Shown in pieces: positions 37,159 through 47,862 of a stretch of 54,265 nucleotides of DNA. Numbering within the stretch: position 1 is the stretch's first letter; each line of letters starts with the position of its first letter. Both the position numbers and the translations under genes were made by a program. The DNA is from a virus. Lineage: Duplodnaviria; Caudoviricetes. Under the pieces are notes generated by a model that searched no databases, had not been told where the DNA came from, and saw only the letters and a list, made by a program, of their open reading frames with translations. The stretch covers positions 1 to 54,265 of IMG/VR virus record IMGVR_UViG_3300032083_001527. One strand, given 5' to 3'.

Positions 37159-37329
37159 TTATTTATAATAAGGAAACTGTTTGTTGAGCCAAGCTTTTCG
37201 TTTATCACAACCACAGTCTGTATAACCAGTTGCTCTCATAGCTAACTCTGTTAATGATTTTACACCTGTAGCTCTAGTAATTTTTTCTACAGTATCACCT
37301 AGTCCTTTTGATTTATTTGTTTCGCTCAT
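37159..37329 (-). CDS. 56-aa phage protein with CGC motif (not in ORF track)
   Basis: MSETNKSKGLGDTVEKITRATGVKSLTELAMRATGYTDCGCDKRKAWLNKQFPYYK. Confidence 0.75.
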   Translation of the reverse strand: MSETNKSKGLGDTVEKITRATGVKSLTELAMRATGYTDCGCDKRKAWLNKQFPYYK

Positions 37330-37342
37330 ATTATAATATATT

Positions 37343-37362
37343 TTACTATATTATAGTTACAT
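37343..37362 (-). promoter_or_regulatory. Putative late promoter ATGTAACTATAATATAGTAA
   Basis: Directly downstream of a terminator and upstream of the tail operon; near-identical to the 25411 copy. Confidence 0.6.
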
Positions 37363-37386
37363 AATAAAGTGAAAGGTTAGCCCTAA

Positions 37387-37419
37387 ATAAAAATAGCCAC
37401 CCAAAATGAGTGGCTATTA
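37387..37419 (-). terminator. Intrinsic terminator
   Basis: AATAGCCAC..GTGGCTATT stem followed by a T tract on the - strand, after the gene ending at 37437. Confidence 0.75.
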
Positions 37420-37436
37420 ATATTAGCTAAAAGATA

Positions 37437-38288
37437 TTAGTTTAATCTTTTTTCTATGTTTTGGTATATTTCCATACCTTCATCGGTTTTAAACCAAGCA
37501 GCTAGTGCTGAGTATGGATGTTCATCAAACGGAACAGTCATTAATTTTCTACCTGTGTTACCCCAAGTAAAATATCTTTGGTCGCGTGATAAATTTATAA
37601 GTTTAGCTTCAACAGCTTTTATACCAAAGTTTCTTAACTGAACATTATCATCTTGAGCTAAATCTAAGAATAATTTAGGATTTTTCCTTGCAAATAGTAG
37701 TAAATCCCTTTTAAGTTCCTTAGAACCTAACTTATTAACTTTAGATCCAACTTCTGCTCTTAGTATAGCTTCAGCTAAATCGATATCCATATCTTTAGCT
37801 ATCTTAAGTGCTTCAACTTCAAACTCTAACCAATCTAATTCATTTTCAGCTATTTGAACTGGTTTATGTTCGTAAAATAACTTGTCTCTATGAGGGTGGT
37901 ATAATGATAAAAGTTTTTGTAGAACTGTTTTTTCTTTCTCAACGTAAAGAACACCACTTCTAAATATAATATGTTCTAATCTTTGATCACCTTTCATTTC
38001 ATCAACAAAACAAGTTCTTTGATTTTGACAATACTTAAGCTCTCTTTCGTAACCAAGTTTTTCATCAAAGTAATAAACGTTAGCTGATTTTATAGATCTT
38101 GACAAAGGTTTTTTATTTCCTTTTAAATAATAAACTCTATTTTTTATCTCCCAAGTATCTTTTGGTTTAGCCTTAACTTCAGCAACTTTAATTTTAGGTT
38201 TTTCTTCTACAATAGGTTGTTCTTCTACAACTATTGTTTCTTCAACTATAGGTTCTTCAACCTTAGTTTCTTTTTTCTTTTTTGCCAT
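37437..38288 (-). CDS. Conserved protein downstream of MCP (possible head assembly/cargo protein)
   Basis: Acidic low-complexity N-terminus and globular C-terminus; position. Confidence 0.55.
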   Translation of the reverse strand: MAKKKKETKVEEPIVEETIVVEEQPIVEEKPKIKVAEVKAKPKDTWEIKNRVYYLKGNKKPLSRSIKSANVYYFDEKLGYERELKYCQNQRTCFVDEMKGDQRLEHIIFRSGVLYVEKEKTVLQKLLSLYHPHRDKLFYEHKPVQIAENELDWLEFEVEALKIAKDMDIDLAEAILRAEVGSKVNKLGSKELKRDLLLFARKNPKLFLDLAQDDNVQLRNFGIKAVEAKLINLSRDQRYFTWGNTGRKLMTVPFDEHPYSALAAWFKTDEGMEIYQNIEKRLN

Positions 38289-38312
38289 AATATAATATAT
38301 AATATAATTAAT

Positions 38313-38346
38313 AAAAATATAAGGGCGATACTAGACCGCCCTTATA
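38313..38346 (-). terminator. Intrinsic terminator after MCP
   Basis: TATAAGGGCG..CGCCCTTATA 10-bp stem followed by TTTTT on the - strand. Confidence 0.8.
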
Positions 38347-38357
38347 AAATAAATAGT

Positions 38358-39866
38358 TTACTTCATTAACATAAAGTTGTTTGCACCTTGTGTGATCAAA
38401 CATCTTTCTGATAACATATGTAATTGCATTGCATCAAGTGCTGATGTAGCGGCTCCAACAGAACCAGTAACCCAAGTTTTTAATCTTCGATCATCAGTTG
38501 CAGAAGCTCTATATCTAACGTGTAAGAACGGTCGCTTCATGTTTTTACCCATGTTTTGATCGTATACAGTAGATACACCAGCTGGAATCATAACACCTCT
38601 GATAGCACTAGCTCCAGCAGCATCATTAATACCACCTCTTGTAGCTCTATCATTTAAGTATCTGAAGTCAGATTTGTAAAAGTCGTAAGAACCTCTTCTA
38701 AATCCTGAGAAACCTAAATTTAAAGCCATATCTTCGTCGTTGTCAAATACTCCGTAAGAAGTACCTCCAGCTCCGTAAGAATTCATTGAAGCAAGCATAT
38801 CGTCTATCGCTAAGCTAGTTGATCTGTTAACAAACATCATGTATTCTTCAATAGCACCTTGCTTGTCAAACTCAGCTAAAATAGCATCGAACTCAGCTAA
38901 ATCAGTAGCAGCATTAACACCAGTTACACCTGAAGTTAAGTTACCTCTTGATTCAATAGCAGCAAATAAACCTTCAGTACCAGTTGCAGCGCCATCCTCT
39001 TGATGAACAGCTAAATCAGCATCATTAGTGCCAGAAGCTCTAACACCTTCAATCATTGACATTTCTAAGTAATCAGTAAATCTAGCTCTTGTATCAGCTT
39101 CAGCTTTTAAATACCAAAGATAACCTGATTGTCCTTGCTCAGATGAAACTTCTACCCAACCAATTCTAGATGCATCAGATCCTGATACTTCGTAGTAATC
39201 TTTTAAGATAATTGGCTTGTTAGTGAAAGTTGTAAACTTAGGTTCGTTAGCGCCTCTTGATTCAGTAGAAGCAGCTTGAGAACCACCAGCATCAGCTAGT
39301 GCTCCTGGATAAGATACTCCTTTTTTAAACTCAGAACCATAAACTAAAACAGTACAGTTGTCAGTACCGTTAGCTATAACAGCATCGTTATTGTCGTAAG
39401 GTATAACTTCAATGTCAGGTGAAGACGCAGTAGCGACTTCAGTTACAACACCTTTAAATGTTTGACCAGTTCCACCAGCAACAATAACAGTATCGTTCAA
39501 ACGAATACCGTGATTAAAACCTGGATCTTGACCATCCATATCAGTTAATACTTCTATCTTGCAACCTAAGTTACCATTGATACCAGCATCATTGTCTAAC
39601 ATAGAACACTTATAAGATAAGTGTAATCTACCTTGCTCAGACCAAACAACTTGATCAGAGGTCATAGATTCTTCTGCACCAACTTTAGCTAAAAAACCTG
39701 AAATAGTTCTCGGTCCGAAAACTTCAGCTTCTTTTTCCATTAAGTCAGGCAGGTATTGTTGTCTCCAGTCATTAGTGGAGCCCGTAAAATCTAGATAATT
39801 TGTATTTAGCGCTTGCTTTTGTGGAGCAGGTACACTATTCAAACTACCTCCTGCAGTAATTGCCAT
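38358..39866 (-). CDS. Major capsid protein
   Basis: Follows portal and scaffold; QYLPDL.EKE.E.FG.R, WSEQGRLH, GTEGLFAAIESRG, FSGFRRGSYDFYK; followed by a terminator. Confidence 0.8.
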   Translation of the reverse strand: MAITAGGSLNSVPAPQKQALNTNYLDFTGSTNDWRQQYLPDLMEKEAEVFGPRTISGFLAKVGAEESMTSDQVVWSEQGRLHLSYKCSMLDNDAGINGNLGCKIEVLTDMDGQDPGFNHGIRLNDTVIVAGGTGQTFKGVVTEVATASSPDIEVIPYDNNDAVIANGTDNCTVLVYGSEFKKGVSYPGALADAGGSQAASTESRGANEPKFTTFTNKPIILKDYYEVSGSDASRIGWVEVSSEQGQSGYLWYLKAEADTRARFTDYLEMSMIEGVRASGTNDADLAVHQEDGAATGTEGLFAAIESRGNLTSGVTGVNAATDLAEFDAILAEFDKQGAIEEYMMFVNRSTSLAIDDMLASMNSYGAGGTSYGVFDNDEDMALNLGFSGFRRGSYDFYKSDFRYLNDRATRGGINDAAGASAIRGVMIPAGVSTVYDQNMGKNMKRPFLHVRYRASATDDRRLKTWVTGSVGAATSALDAMQLHMLSERCLITQGANNFMLMK

Positions 39867-39885
39867 AATATATTTTTTTTAAATG

Positions 39886-41052
39886 TTATTTTTTATTTTT
39901 ACTTCTAATCTTAAAAGATCTATTTTTAATTTCAGAAGAAGATTGACCTAACACCTTATACTTAACACCCCCAACATTTGTTTCGCCATGAGTTTTTCTA
40001 GGTTCTAGATTAATGTTTTTATCTTTAGCAACTTGACTTTTAATTGCATCTGCTTTACCTTGCTCATAAAAGTGCTTGGCAATAGCATCAGCGTTCATAG
40101 CTGTATATAAAGATTTATGATAACCTGCAGCGTCGTCTATAGTAGACTTATCTTCACCAACAAACTTGTTGACAAAATTATTAATATCACTTTGAGCTGT
40201 CTTTACTTTATTAACATCATTAACATTATACCGATATTTTTTATCTCCGACATTATATTCAAAACCTTTGAAGTTCTGTCCAAAGAAACTATCAGTCTTA
40301 TTTAAAAATGTTCTCTTGCTTTTTTCAGATAACTTTTTCTGACTTTCTTGATCTTTATTGTATTTATGATAGAAATTAATAGCATCTTGTTGTTCTTGAG
40401 TCAACTTTGACCCAGCTTTAATATCTTCATAGTATTTAGACTTTTGCCTGTCTAAGTGGGCTCTAGCCTCGGCAACTTGCTCTTTGAGGGCTATCTTTTT
40501 ACTACGTATTGTTTTTTCATCATCAATATCATCTTCATAACCAAACTTCTCTTCTAATAAAAAATTACGTTCTTCTGCTGTTAAATGAGATTTAGTGCTT
40601 CTATAGTACTCGTCTAATATATCTGAGTCATCCATTTTTGAAACATCTCTATTTAAATTAACGTAGTCTTGTAAATCACCACCTGTTTCTTCCATAAACT
40701 CTACAACTTTTTGTATGTTTTCTGGTAGTGGTTCTCCAGTAGCAACTGCTTCTTCAACTGCTTCTTCAACAGCTTCTTGCACTTCTTCAACTTTTTCTTC
40801 TTCAGTAACTTCTTGAAGTACAGGTTGATCTACTGTTTCTTCGACTACGTCCACCTTTTCTTCTTCAGCGGGTTGTTGCTCAACCTCTTCGCTTTTAATT
40901 TCAGGTGTATTGTCTAAATCTATTTTAATAACATCTGGATCTTCAGCGCTATCAAACTTAGATAAATCTAATTCGTCAACAACTTCTTCTACGGGTTGTT
41001 CTACGTTTTCTTCAGTTGTTTCTTCAACAACTTCATTGTTTTCTTCTATCAT
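39886..41052 (-). CDS. Scaffolding protein
   Basis: Very acidic Glu-rich N-terminus, helical, HFYEQGKADA; between portal and MCP. Confidence 0.7.
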   Translation of the reverse strand: MIEENNEVVEETTEENVEQPVEEVVDELDLSKFDSAEDPDVIKIDLDNTPEIKSEEVEQQPAEEEKVDVVEETVDQPVLQEVTEEEKVEEVQEAVEEAVEEAVATGEPLPENIQKVVEFMEETGGDLQDYVNLNRDVSKMDDSDILDEYYRSTKSHLTAEERNFLLEEKFGYEDDIDDEKTIRSKKIALKEQVAEARAHLDRQKSKYYEDIKAGSKLTQEQQDAINFYHKYNKDQESQKKLSEKSKRTFLNKTDSFFGQNFKGFEYNVGDKKYRYNVNDVNKVKTAQSDINNFVNKFVGEDKSTIDDAAGYHKSLYTAMNADAIAKHFYEQGKADAIKSQVAKDKNINLEPRKTHGETNVGGVKYKVLGQSSSEIKNRSFKIRSKNKK

Positions 41053-41084
41053 AATAAAATTTTATAAAATATTAAAAATAAAGA

Positions 41085-43466
41085 TTACAGGTCTAAACCT
41101 GCATCTCCTGTAACTATATCATTACCTGATGATTCAAACTTTTTAAGTGAATCACCCTCACTTCTTTGTGTAATCATTTCTTTTTGATGACCAGCTTGTC
41201 TATCAACTCTAGCATCTTTTCTATCTTCTCTTAAAGCTTCCATTTTATCTGCAGCTTCTTTTTTCATACCTTCTAGTCTGGTATTTAGTTGAAACTCGTA
41301 TTGCATTAAATCTTTTTTAACACTAGCTTCTTCTCGTAAATATTGTATTTTAAGTTGATTTCTAGTTTGTTCTAGTTGAGCATCAGCCTGAGCGTTAGCT
41401 TGTTTCTTTTGCATTTCAGCTTGAGCTGCTGCTTGTTGTGTTTGAGCGTTTGCTTGTGCTTGTGCTTGTATATTTTGTTGTTGAATTTGTTGATCTCTTC
41501 TTTGCTTTTGTTTCCTTTTAATCTTCAACATTTGATTAGCTAGTTTTATATTTCTTATATTACGTAAATCTATAGCATCATCTAAATCTATAGAGCCTTG
41601 TTGTAAAGAAACCTGTATATTATTTTCTAGCATTTGTTTTTCTTCATCATCTGGCATTAACTCTATAAATATACCAAAATCATAAAGATGTAAGTTTTTC
41701 ATTTCTTCTAACGTAGCTACGTTGTGTGCACCTAATGCCCTTATAAAAGCATCGCGCGTTGGTGAGTACTCTATTATATCTGCTATACGTAGTGATAGAC
41801 ACTCTGCAACCTCAGCCGTAATAAACATCATTGATTGTAATATATGTCTTGTAGCTGTATTAGAATTAGCTGCTGCCATTTTTTGTACACCTACTAAAGC
41901 ATTACGATCTGGAGTACTAGCGTCTCTTGCTTCGTTTAATCCGGTTACATCTCTTATCATTTGTAAATAGTAGTTGTAAGTTGTAATTAAACTTTGTAAT
42001 TTACCACTGTTAACACCGTTGTTTATTTGTTGTATTGGTACTTTACCAGGGTTACCATCACCATCAGATGTAAAACTTCTACCTATAACACTACCAGTTT
42101 GGAAGAACATGTTAAGTGCTTCTTGTGGATTATAATTTGTTCCATTACCAAGATCAACTTCTGCTAAACCATCAGCATCTAAATAAACACCATCAGGCAC
42201 CATACGTGCCATAACTTGTTGTAGCTTTAAATGTGTTAATTGAATCATATCAGCAAAACTAGTTATTCTACTAACAATAGATTCTATTCTACCTTCATAC
42301 ATTCTTGGAGCAACAATTTGGTAATTCATTTTAACTCTACTAAAATCAGAGTCAGTTCTCATCATATTGTCACACATCTTCCATCTAAGTATCTTATCTG
42401 CACCTATAATGTAAACACCTTCATATAAAGTTTCAACAACTCTTTCAAGTTTAGAAAACTTAGCTTCCATATCTGCGGGTGGATTAAATTGATCATCTTT
42501 TTCAATAATCTTTTCGGCACCACTAGCAAGTTCTTTTAATTTATAAACATTATTCATATGAGTTTTATAATTAAAATATAAAACTTGAACTTTATTTTTA
42601 TCTCTACTTGTAACGTAATCTAATGGGTAAGCGTATTTATTTGCTAATTCTTTTATTTCCTCTTCAGATAACTCTGGAAACTCTTTTACTAATTCGTTAA
42701 TAGGTAGTTCTTTTACTTCACCAATATAATATACATCTTCAAAATAAGGTGATTCAGTATGTGAGTAAACTAAATTAGCTGGATCAACGTATTCTGCTTG
42801 AGCTCCAGTGCTAAAATCAAACGTGGTCTTAGTAGCTCCAATACCTAGTACTGTTAAATCGTATAGACATCTTCTTCTAATTAAATCATAATCACTACCT
42901 TCTAGTAAAACGTTTAGCGCTTGTTCTTCTGCTAGCTCTACAGCTTGTTTATAATCAAGTTGCATGTGAAGCGTTAGTTCTTCTTCAGTATCAGGAAGTT
43001 CTTCAGGATTATTTTCGTAAAGATCAATACCAAATTTTTGCTTAACTAAATCTGTGTATGTTCTAGATCTCATGTCACGAAGTATAGACTCCATGTAGTC
43101 TGTTCTTTTCTTAACTCCAAACTCATCTTGTGAAAAACAATTTATTTCAAAGTTTCTTTGAGCCATACCATTAACAACAATATCTACAAACTTAGGAATA
43201 ATAGGTACAGGTTTCCAATCAAGATTTAAATAAGATAAATCACCATTTATAGATAATTCATTTTTATATTTTTGAATAGGTTGTTCTCCTCTAGCATATA
43301 ATCTTAACGTATGAAAATTATTTTTATGACTGTTATATTTAGATGTACTTCCTGAAAACCATTCGTGGCGTATAGCTCTAGCTACTTTTAAACCGTAATC
43401 TTCATTTAGTTTTTCTAAATCGCTAACTGCTTGCGAAGGAAAATTTATAGAGTGTTCTGATCTCAT
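41085..43466 (-). CDS. Portal protein
   Basis: LDWKPVPIIPKFVDIVVNG, IRDVTGLNEARD, Gln-rich C-terminal coil; follows TerL. Confidence 0.85.
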   Translation of the reverse strand: MRSEHSINFPSQAVSDLEKLNEDYGLKVARAIRHEWFSGSTSKYNSHKNNFHTLRLYARGEQPIQKYKNELSINGDLSYLNLDWKPVPIIPKFVDIVVNGMAQRNFEINCFSQDEFGVKKRTDYMESILRDMRSRTYTDLVKQKFGIDLYENNPEELPDTEEELTLHMQLDYKQAVELAEEQALNVLLEGSDYDLIRRRCLYDLTVLGIGATKTTFDFSTGAQAEYVDPANLVYSHTESPYFEDVYYIGEVKELPINELVKEFPELSEEEIKELANKYAYPLDYVTSRDKNKVQVLYFNYKTHMNNVYKLKELASGAEKIIEKDDQFNPPADMEAKFSKLERVVETLYEGVYIIGADKILRWKMCDNMMRTDSDFSRVKMNYQIVAPRMYEGRIESIVSRITSFADMIQLTHLKLQQVMARMVPDGVYLDADGLAEVDLGNGTNYNPQEALNMFFQTGSVIGRSFTSDGDGNPGKVPIQQINNGVNSGKLQSLITTYNYYLQMIRDVTGLNEARDASTPDRNALVGVQKMAAANSNTATRHILQSMMFITAEVAECLSLRIADIIEYSPTRDAFIRALGAHNVATLEEMKNLHLYDFGIFIELMPDDEEKQMLENNIQVSLQQGSIDLDDAIDLRNIRNIKLANQMLKIKRKQKQRRDQQIQQQNIQAQAQANAQTQQAAAQAEMQKKQANAQADAQLEQTRNQLKIQYLREEASVKKDLMQYEFQLNTRLEGMKKEAADKMEALREDRKDARVDRQAGHQKEMITQRSEGDSLKKFESSGNDIVTGDAGLDL

Positions 43467-45700
43467 ATTTTATTTTTAATTATCGTAGATGAAAATCCTT
43501 TATTATTATATTTTGATATATGTAAATTTAATGGTTCTTTTTTTTGTTTAGGGTTTGGTCTATATAAATGTCTATTGCAAGCCATGATTGCTAGTCCAGA
43601 ACTTATTGACGCATCGTGTTTAGTTCTTCTATTTATATTGAATTTAGACCAATCATTAAGTGTACTATTAAAATACATTGTTCCATAAGTGTTGTCTTGT
43701 AGTAAACCAACGTGATCGTTTATGTACATTTCTATAGCAGCAGCGTGAGCTTGTTTTATATCTTCACTAGAGTTTGGTATCCCACCTACTTCTTTTTCTG
43801 CAACTGATAATTTATTCCATATTTTATCAGGCCTATTCATACTAAAACCTCTATAACCTCTTCTACGTAAATAGTACAATAACCTTGGTTTATTATTCTC
43901 TGCTAATAGTGGCATGCCGTAGAATACTAGCGCCATTAAAACATCTTCAAAAAATATCTCAGCTGTTTGTGGTCTTGCTATATATTCAAGGAAAAAAGTA
44001 TTTGCTGGTGCATCTTCCATAGAAAACTTTGTTAAACCGTGCAAAGCACCTTTTGATCCTCTTCTATCCACTGTTCCAGATATATCATATGAGTCACAAC
44101 CAAATGCACCCATGTGCTCGTTACCTGGATAACGTACGCCATTTTTAATTATAACGTTATTTTGCAATTTTTGTCCTGGAACCCAACTAATATTAAACCT
44201 ACCATTAGGATCTGGATTAAAAGTAACTAGTGTATCTTTTTTACCGCCAACCCACTGAAAGTTACCAGCTGTAGTTACAGATGAGTTTCTATTACCTTCA
44301 TTATAATCTATCTGCTCGTATATTTTTATAAGGTTAAATAAACTATTTTTTGTTTCATCTCTAAACGCATGCTCTTCTGTTCTAGGAAACTGACGATAAA
44401 ATTCATTTAAAGCATCTTGGTCATCTTTTAATCCATGTGCTTCATTTTCCCAATGATCAATTACTCCTTGATCTATCTCTACTCCATGTGGATCAAATGC
44501 TTGTTGTTTAGGATTAGTGAACACAGGTCGTCCGAATTCATCAATGAATCCCTCGTAATTCCATTCCATAGGAATAAACAAAGAATATAATCCCGACTTA
44601 GTCTGTCCATTTCTATTTCGTCTGGTAACATCTGAATCATTATATAGATTTTTAAAATTATCACCTCCTTTATCTAAGGCATTGGATGTGCTTCCCATCA
44701 TACACTTACCAACTATTCTACTACCTAAACGTAAACAAGTTTTTGTAACTCTCCAGTTGTTTTTTATGTTATCAGGTCTTTCCCACTTACCACTTTCATC
44801 ATGAACTAGTAGGTTTAACTTTTCACCATCATAGCTATTATCACCTGTATTTTTCCAGTCTATAGTTGTATCAAGACCCTGCATGTCATCAATCTCCTCT
44901 CGCTCCCTCATCTTTTTACGAGTAAACTTTTTAGCTGGTACTCTATAAGCTAGTTCAGATTTAGGTCGATCCATACCATCTTGTATTGGTTTGAAAAAGA
45001 AAGGATAGTTTAAACTTATTGGCACAACTTTATCAGTAAACATTTTCTTTGCATCGGCACCCGTTTTAGACAATATACCAAATCTACTATCACTTGCTAG
45101 AGTTGCCATGTTAACAGTTTCAGAAGAACTCATAAAAGAAAAACCAGAACGTCTATTTTTTAAATAACACATTCCGTAACTTCTTTTATCTGCTTTACAC
45201 GCTTCCCAAAATATATAGAATAATCTATTTGCTTCTCTAAAGTCTGGTGCTCCAACGTCTATTTTACTCCATTGTAAATACATATAGTGCGTACCAGTCA
45301 TATAAGTTGGTTCACCTTTGTTCATAAACCAAAACCCTTCTTCTCTTCTTTTAAACTCTTCGTCTATATATCCATAATGCTTTTCTTTAAAATCATCTGG
45401 ATAAACTTGCCAGTCAAATACTGTTTTAATTTTTTTAAAATCAGGATTAGGTGAAAACTGTTTCCACTTTTGTTCTTGTTTAATTTTGCTACAAGAATAA
45501 ATTTCTTTAGGTTGTTTAGGTAAAGCTATTTGTAAACCTTGTATTTCGATAACATCACCTATCATACCGGTTTTAGATATTACAACAACATCATTTTCTT
45601 TGTTATAACCATACTCCCACTTTTTAGATTTATTTAATCTTTTTATTGTAGTTAGTTTTACTGGCTCAACTATTTTATATAGTGTTTGCTCGTAACTCAT
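43463..45700 (-). CDS. terL: Terminase large subunit
   Basis: KNRRSGFS Walker A, LVHDESGKW Walker B, GSTS, nuclease GCDSYD, AENN, HDASI. Confidence 0.9.
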   Translation of the reverse strand: MSYEQTLYKIVEPVKLTTIKRLNKSKKWEYGYNKENDVVVISKTGMIGDVIEIQGLQIALPKQPKEIYSCSKIKQEQKWKQFSPNPDFKKIKTVFDWQVYPDDFKEKHYGYIDEEFKRREEGFWFMNKGEPTYMTGTHYMYLQWSKIDVGAPDFREANRLFYIFWEACKADKRSYGMCYLKNRRSGFSFMSSSETVNMATLASDSRFGILSKTGADAKKMFTDKVVPISLNYPFFFKPIQDGMDRPKSELAYRVPAKKFTRKKMREREEIDDMQGLDTTIDWKNTGDNSYDGEKLNLLVHDESGKWERPDNIKNNWRVTKTCLRLGSRIVGKCMMGSTSNALDKGGDNFKNLYNDSDVTRRNRNGQTKSGLYSLFIPMEWNYEGFIDEFGRPVFTNPKQQAFDPHGVEIDQGVIDHWENEAHGLKDDQDALNEFYRQFPRTEEHAFRDETKNSLFNLIKIYEQIDYNEGNRNSSVTTAGNFQWVGGKKDTLVTFNPDPNGRFNISWVPGQKLQNNVIIKNGVRYPGNEHMGAFGCDSYDISGTVDRRGSKGALHGLTKFSMEDAPANTFFLEYIARPQTAEIFFEDVLMALVFYGMPLLAENNKPRLLYYLRRRGYRGFSMNRPDKIWNKLSVAEKEVGGIPNSSEDIKQAHAAAIEMYINDHVGLLQDNTYGTMYFNSTLNDWSKFNINRRTKHDASISSGLAIMACNRHLYRPNPKQKKEPLNLHISKYNNKGFSSTIIKNKI

Positions 45701-45969
45701 TTTGATCTACCTTCTGCGAATCCTTTAAACTTATTTTCTTTTGCTTCTACAGTCTTGCCATCTAACATAGCTTCTTCCTCGTGAATCCTGTTTAGTATTT
45801 CAAACGCATCGAATATAGCTAACTTTTTTGTAGCTGCCGCGTTCTTTAATCTATCTGCTGATATATCTTCGTCTGAATCAACTATTTCTTCTCTAGCAAC
45901 TTTAATAAGTTCTTCAACCGCTTTGTGCCCAGCTTGGATTATATTCTTCTTCGTTTCCTTGATATTCAT
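45697..45969 (-). CDS. Putative terminase small subunit
   Basis: Small helical ORF overlapping the TerL start; RLKNAAATKKLAIFDAFEIL..FAE. Confidence 0.55.
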   Translation of the reverse strand: MNIKETKKNIIQAGHKAVEELIKVAREEIVDSDEDISADRLKNAAATKKLAIFDAFEILNRIHEEEAMLDGKTVEAKENKFKGFAEGRSK

Positions 45970-46501
45970 ATTTAATTGTAATAAATTTATTTAAAACTCT
46001 ATATAATCTTTTACCTTCAATAATAAATTCATATTCACTATTTGGTGTAAAACCAACTAAAGTATTTAAATTATAAGCACCATCTGTATACTTTATAATA
46101 CCAGTTAATGGTTGCTCATTATCGTTAGTTAGATTATTTGTAGATTTTATAGGTTGTACAAAACTATATCCAGGTGTAGCGATCCAATCTTTTCTTTTAT
46201 ATAAATACAGTTGATCTTGTGATATTATATATTTATCTTCTTTCCAATAAGATCTACTATTCTTCTCTCTACCTTTAACATCGTGCCATCTTCTAAAAAT
46301 ATTATGATGCACTATTACTTCATCACCCACGTTAATAGGTGATTGAAATAATAATGGAGTAGCGATAACTTTTGCTAATCTATTTACATATTGATGATTA
46401 AAAACCTCAGTGTTTAATATTAAATTTTTATCACCAACTTTTGTAGAATTATTATATCTTTCACCTATTGGAGATACAATAAAATCTTTATAAGCTTTCA
46501 T
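45914..46501 (-). CDS. Divergent GroES-like (two-lobed) protein
   Basis: AKVIATP..INVGDEVIVHH and FVQPI..GIIKY..VGF....YEFIIEGKRLYRV each resemble GroES beta-barrel patterns. Confidence 0.5.
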   Translation of the reverse strand: MKAYKDFIVSPIGERYNNSTKVGDKNLILNTEVFNHQYVNRLAKVIATPLLFQSPINVGDEVIVHHNIFRRWHDVKGREKNSRSYWKEDKYIISQDQLYLYKRKDWIATPGYSFVQPIKSTNNLTNDNEQPLTGIIKYTDGAYNLNTLVGFTPNSEYEFIIEGKRLYRVLNKFITIKYEYQGNEEEYNPSWAQSG

Positions 46502-46725
46502 TAGTATTCTAGATTATACTCAACTGATATGGCCATATTTTTATTAAAATCTTTCCAAGGTATAACCACCTCTTCTTTTCTAATATAAATACAATACTTG
46601 TCTTCTTCTTCTATTATATCACATATTTTGTGTCCGCCGTAAACTTCTTGTTGCACAGCATAATGCATTGAATCTGTTTTATAATCTTTACCTATAGTAA
46701 TTTTTCTGATGATATTATTTTTCAT
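46501..46725 (-). CDS. Hypothetical protein
   Basis: Likely start ATG 46725 (MKNNIIRKITIGKDYK..MHYAV.Q.V.GGH). Confidence 0.6.
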   Translation of the reverse strand: MKNNIIRKITIGKDYKTDSMHYAVQQEVYGGHKICDIIEEEDKYCIYIRKEEVVIPWKDFNKNMAISVEYNLEY

Positions 46726-46996
46726 CTTTATTTTCTTTAGGCCAGTTGATACTACCATCATCTAGATTAATATCATAAGTACCGTATTCTTTAGCTAACT
46801 TATCTTGCATAGTTTTAACTCCCTTTTGAGCTTCATCAAGACCGTGTAGTAAATGATGTTTTTGAGCTTCTACTTTGCCTATGTTAAATTGTAATCCATT
46901 TATAGTATTAACTATTTTTTGTAATTCATCTAAATGAATATCTGATATTTTATCAACCTTTTGCTTAAGGTCGATAACCTTTTCTTTTTTTGCCAT
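46715..46996 (-). CDS. Small coiled-coil protein
   Basis: Heptads followed by KEYG..DINLDDGSI. Confidence 0.6.
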   Translation of the reverse strand: MAKKEKVIDLKQKVDKISDIHLDELQKIVNTINGLQFNIGKVEAQKHHLLHGLDEAQKGVKTMQDKLAKEYGTYDINLDDGSINWPKENKDEK

Positions 46997-47028
46997 ATTT
47001 AATTTAATTTAATTTAATTTATATTTTT

Positions 47029-47859
47029 TTAGTATTCAAACCCAAGTTCAAGTCTTATTGGGCTTTTAAAACAAAGTTGTTCGTTATTATCAATTTGTTC
47101 ACTTATATTTTTAACTGTCATTGTTGTCGTACTATCTACAGTAACAACTTCCATGGTTGGCCCACCAGTTTCACCAACTAATATATCTCCTGATCCAAAT
47201 ACAGTGAGAGGATTTGTTCCATCTACTGTTATTTGAACAGCAGCAGTTGAAGCGGCTTGATTACCAACTTGATTTAAATCTACATCTGTACCAAAATCAA
47301 AAGCACCATGAGCTATAGCAGCGACAAAATAAGTTTCATATCCTTCTGGTGTTTCGCTCATAGAAGATGCTGTTGATGTACCATCATCATAATTAAACCC
47401 TGACGGATGAGTAAGAGAGTTATTAAACGGAACACCATCTGAGTTTAATATTATTGTTGGAGCTACTTTACCTGTAAAATCACCAGTATTGAAAACACTA
47501 TATCCAACTAAATGATCCGTATCAGTTGATGCACTTTCGTCTATTAGTATTTTACCTATTATATGTCTTCTGTAACTTGCCGAAAACGCAGCGGACATGC
47601 TAGAATGAATAATATCAAATCTAGGTGGGGCTACGCCATTAACTGTTCTAGCAAAGTAAAGTGTAAAATCGTGACTATTGCCTGCTGTTGCATTAGTACC
47701 CTGGATTATTCCGCTGATATTAGTTAACTTAGCAGTACCTTTTGGTATGTGAAATTTATTCCAAGTGAATAAACAGTCGTTGTCAGAATATGCTGTACCC
47801 ATAGCGGTAGCAACTGTAAAATCTGGTCTAACTGTTGTTTGATAAAATCTTGAGTTCAT
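47029..47859 (-). CDS. Putative virion structural (decoration/fibre) protein
   Basis: Thr/Ser/Gly-rich beta protein in the late arm. Confidence 0.45.
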   Translation of the reverse strand: MNSRFYQTTVRPDFTVATAMGTAYSDNDCLFTWNKFHIPKGTAKLTNISGIIQGTNATAGNSHDFTLYFARTVNGVAPPRFDIIHSSMSAAFSASYRRHIIGKILIDESASTDTDHLVGYSVFNTGDFTGKVAPTIILNSDGVPFNNSLTHPSGFNYDDGTSTASSMSETPEGYETYFVAAIAHGAFDFGTDVDLNQVGNQAASTAAVQITVDGTNPLTVFGSGDILVGETGGPTMEVVTVDSTTTMTVKNISEQIDNNEQLCFKSPIRLELGFEY

Positions 47860-47862
47860 ATC

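Noticed and set aside
14283-46996. MAKK starts (14825, 38288, 46996) as members of the leader family
   Set aside because: MAKK is a generic start in AT-rich genomes and lacks the aromatic residue shared by the MAFK and MAYI leaders.
46997-47020. (AATTT)4 microsatellite
   Set aside because: Best explained as an AT-rich translation initiation leader like those before other genes here.
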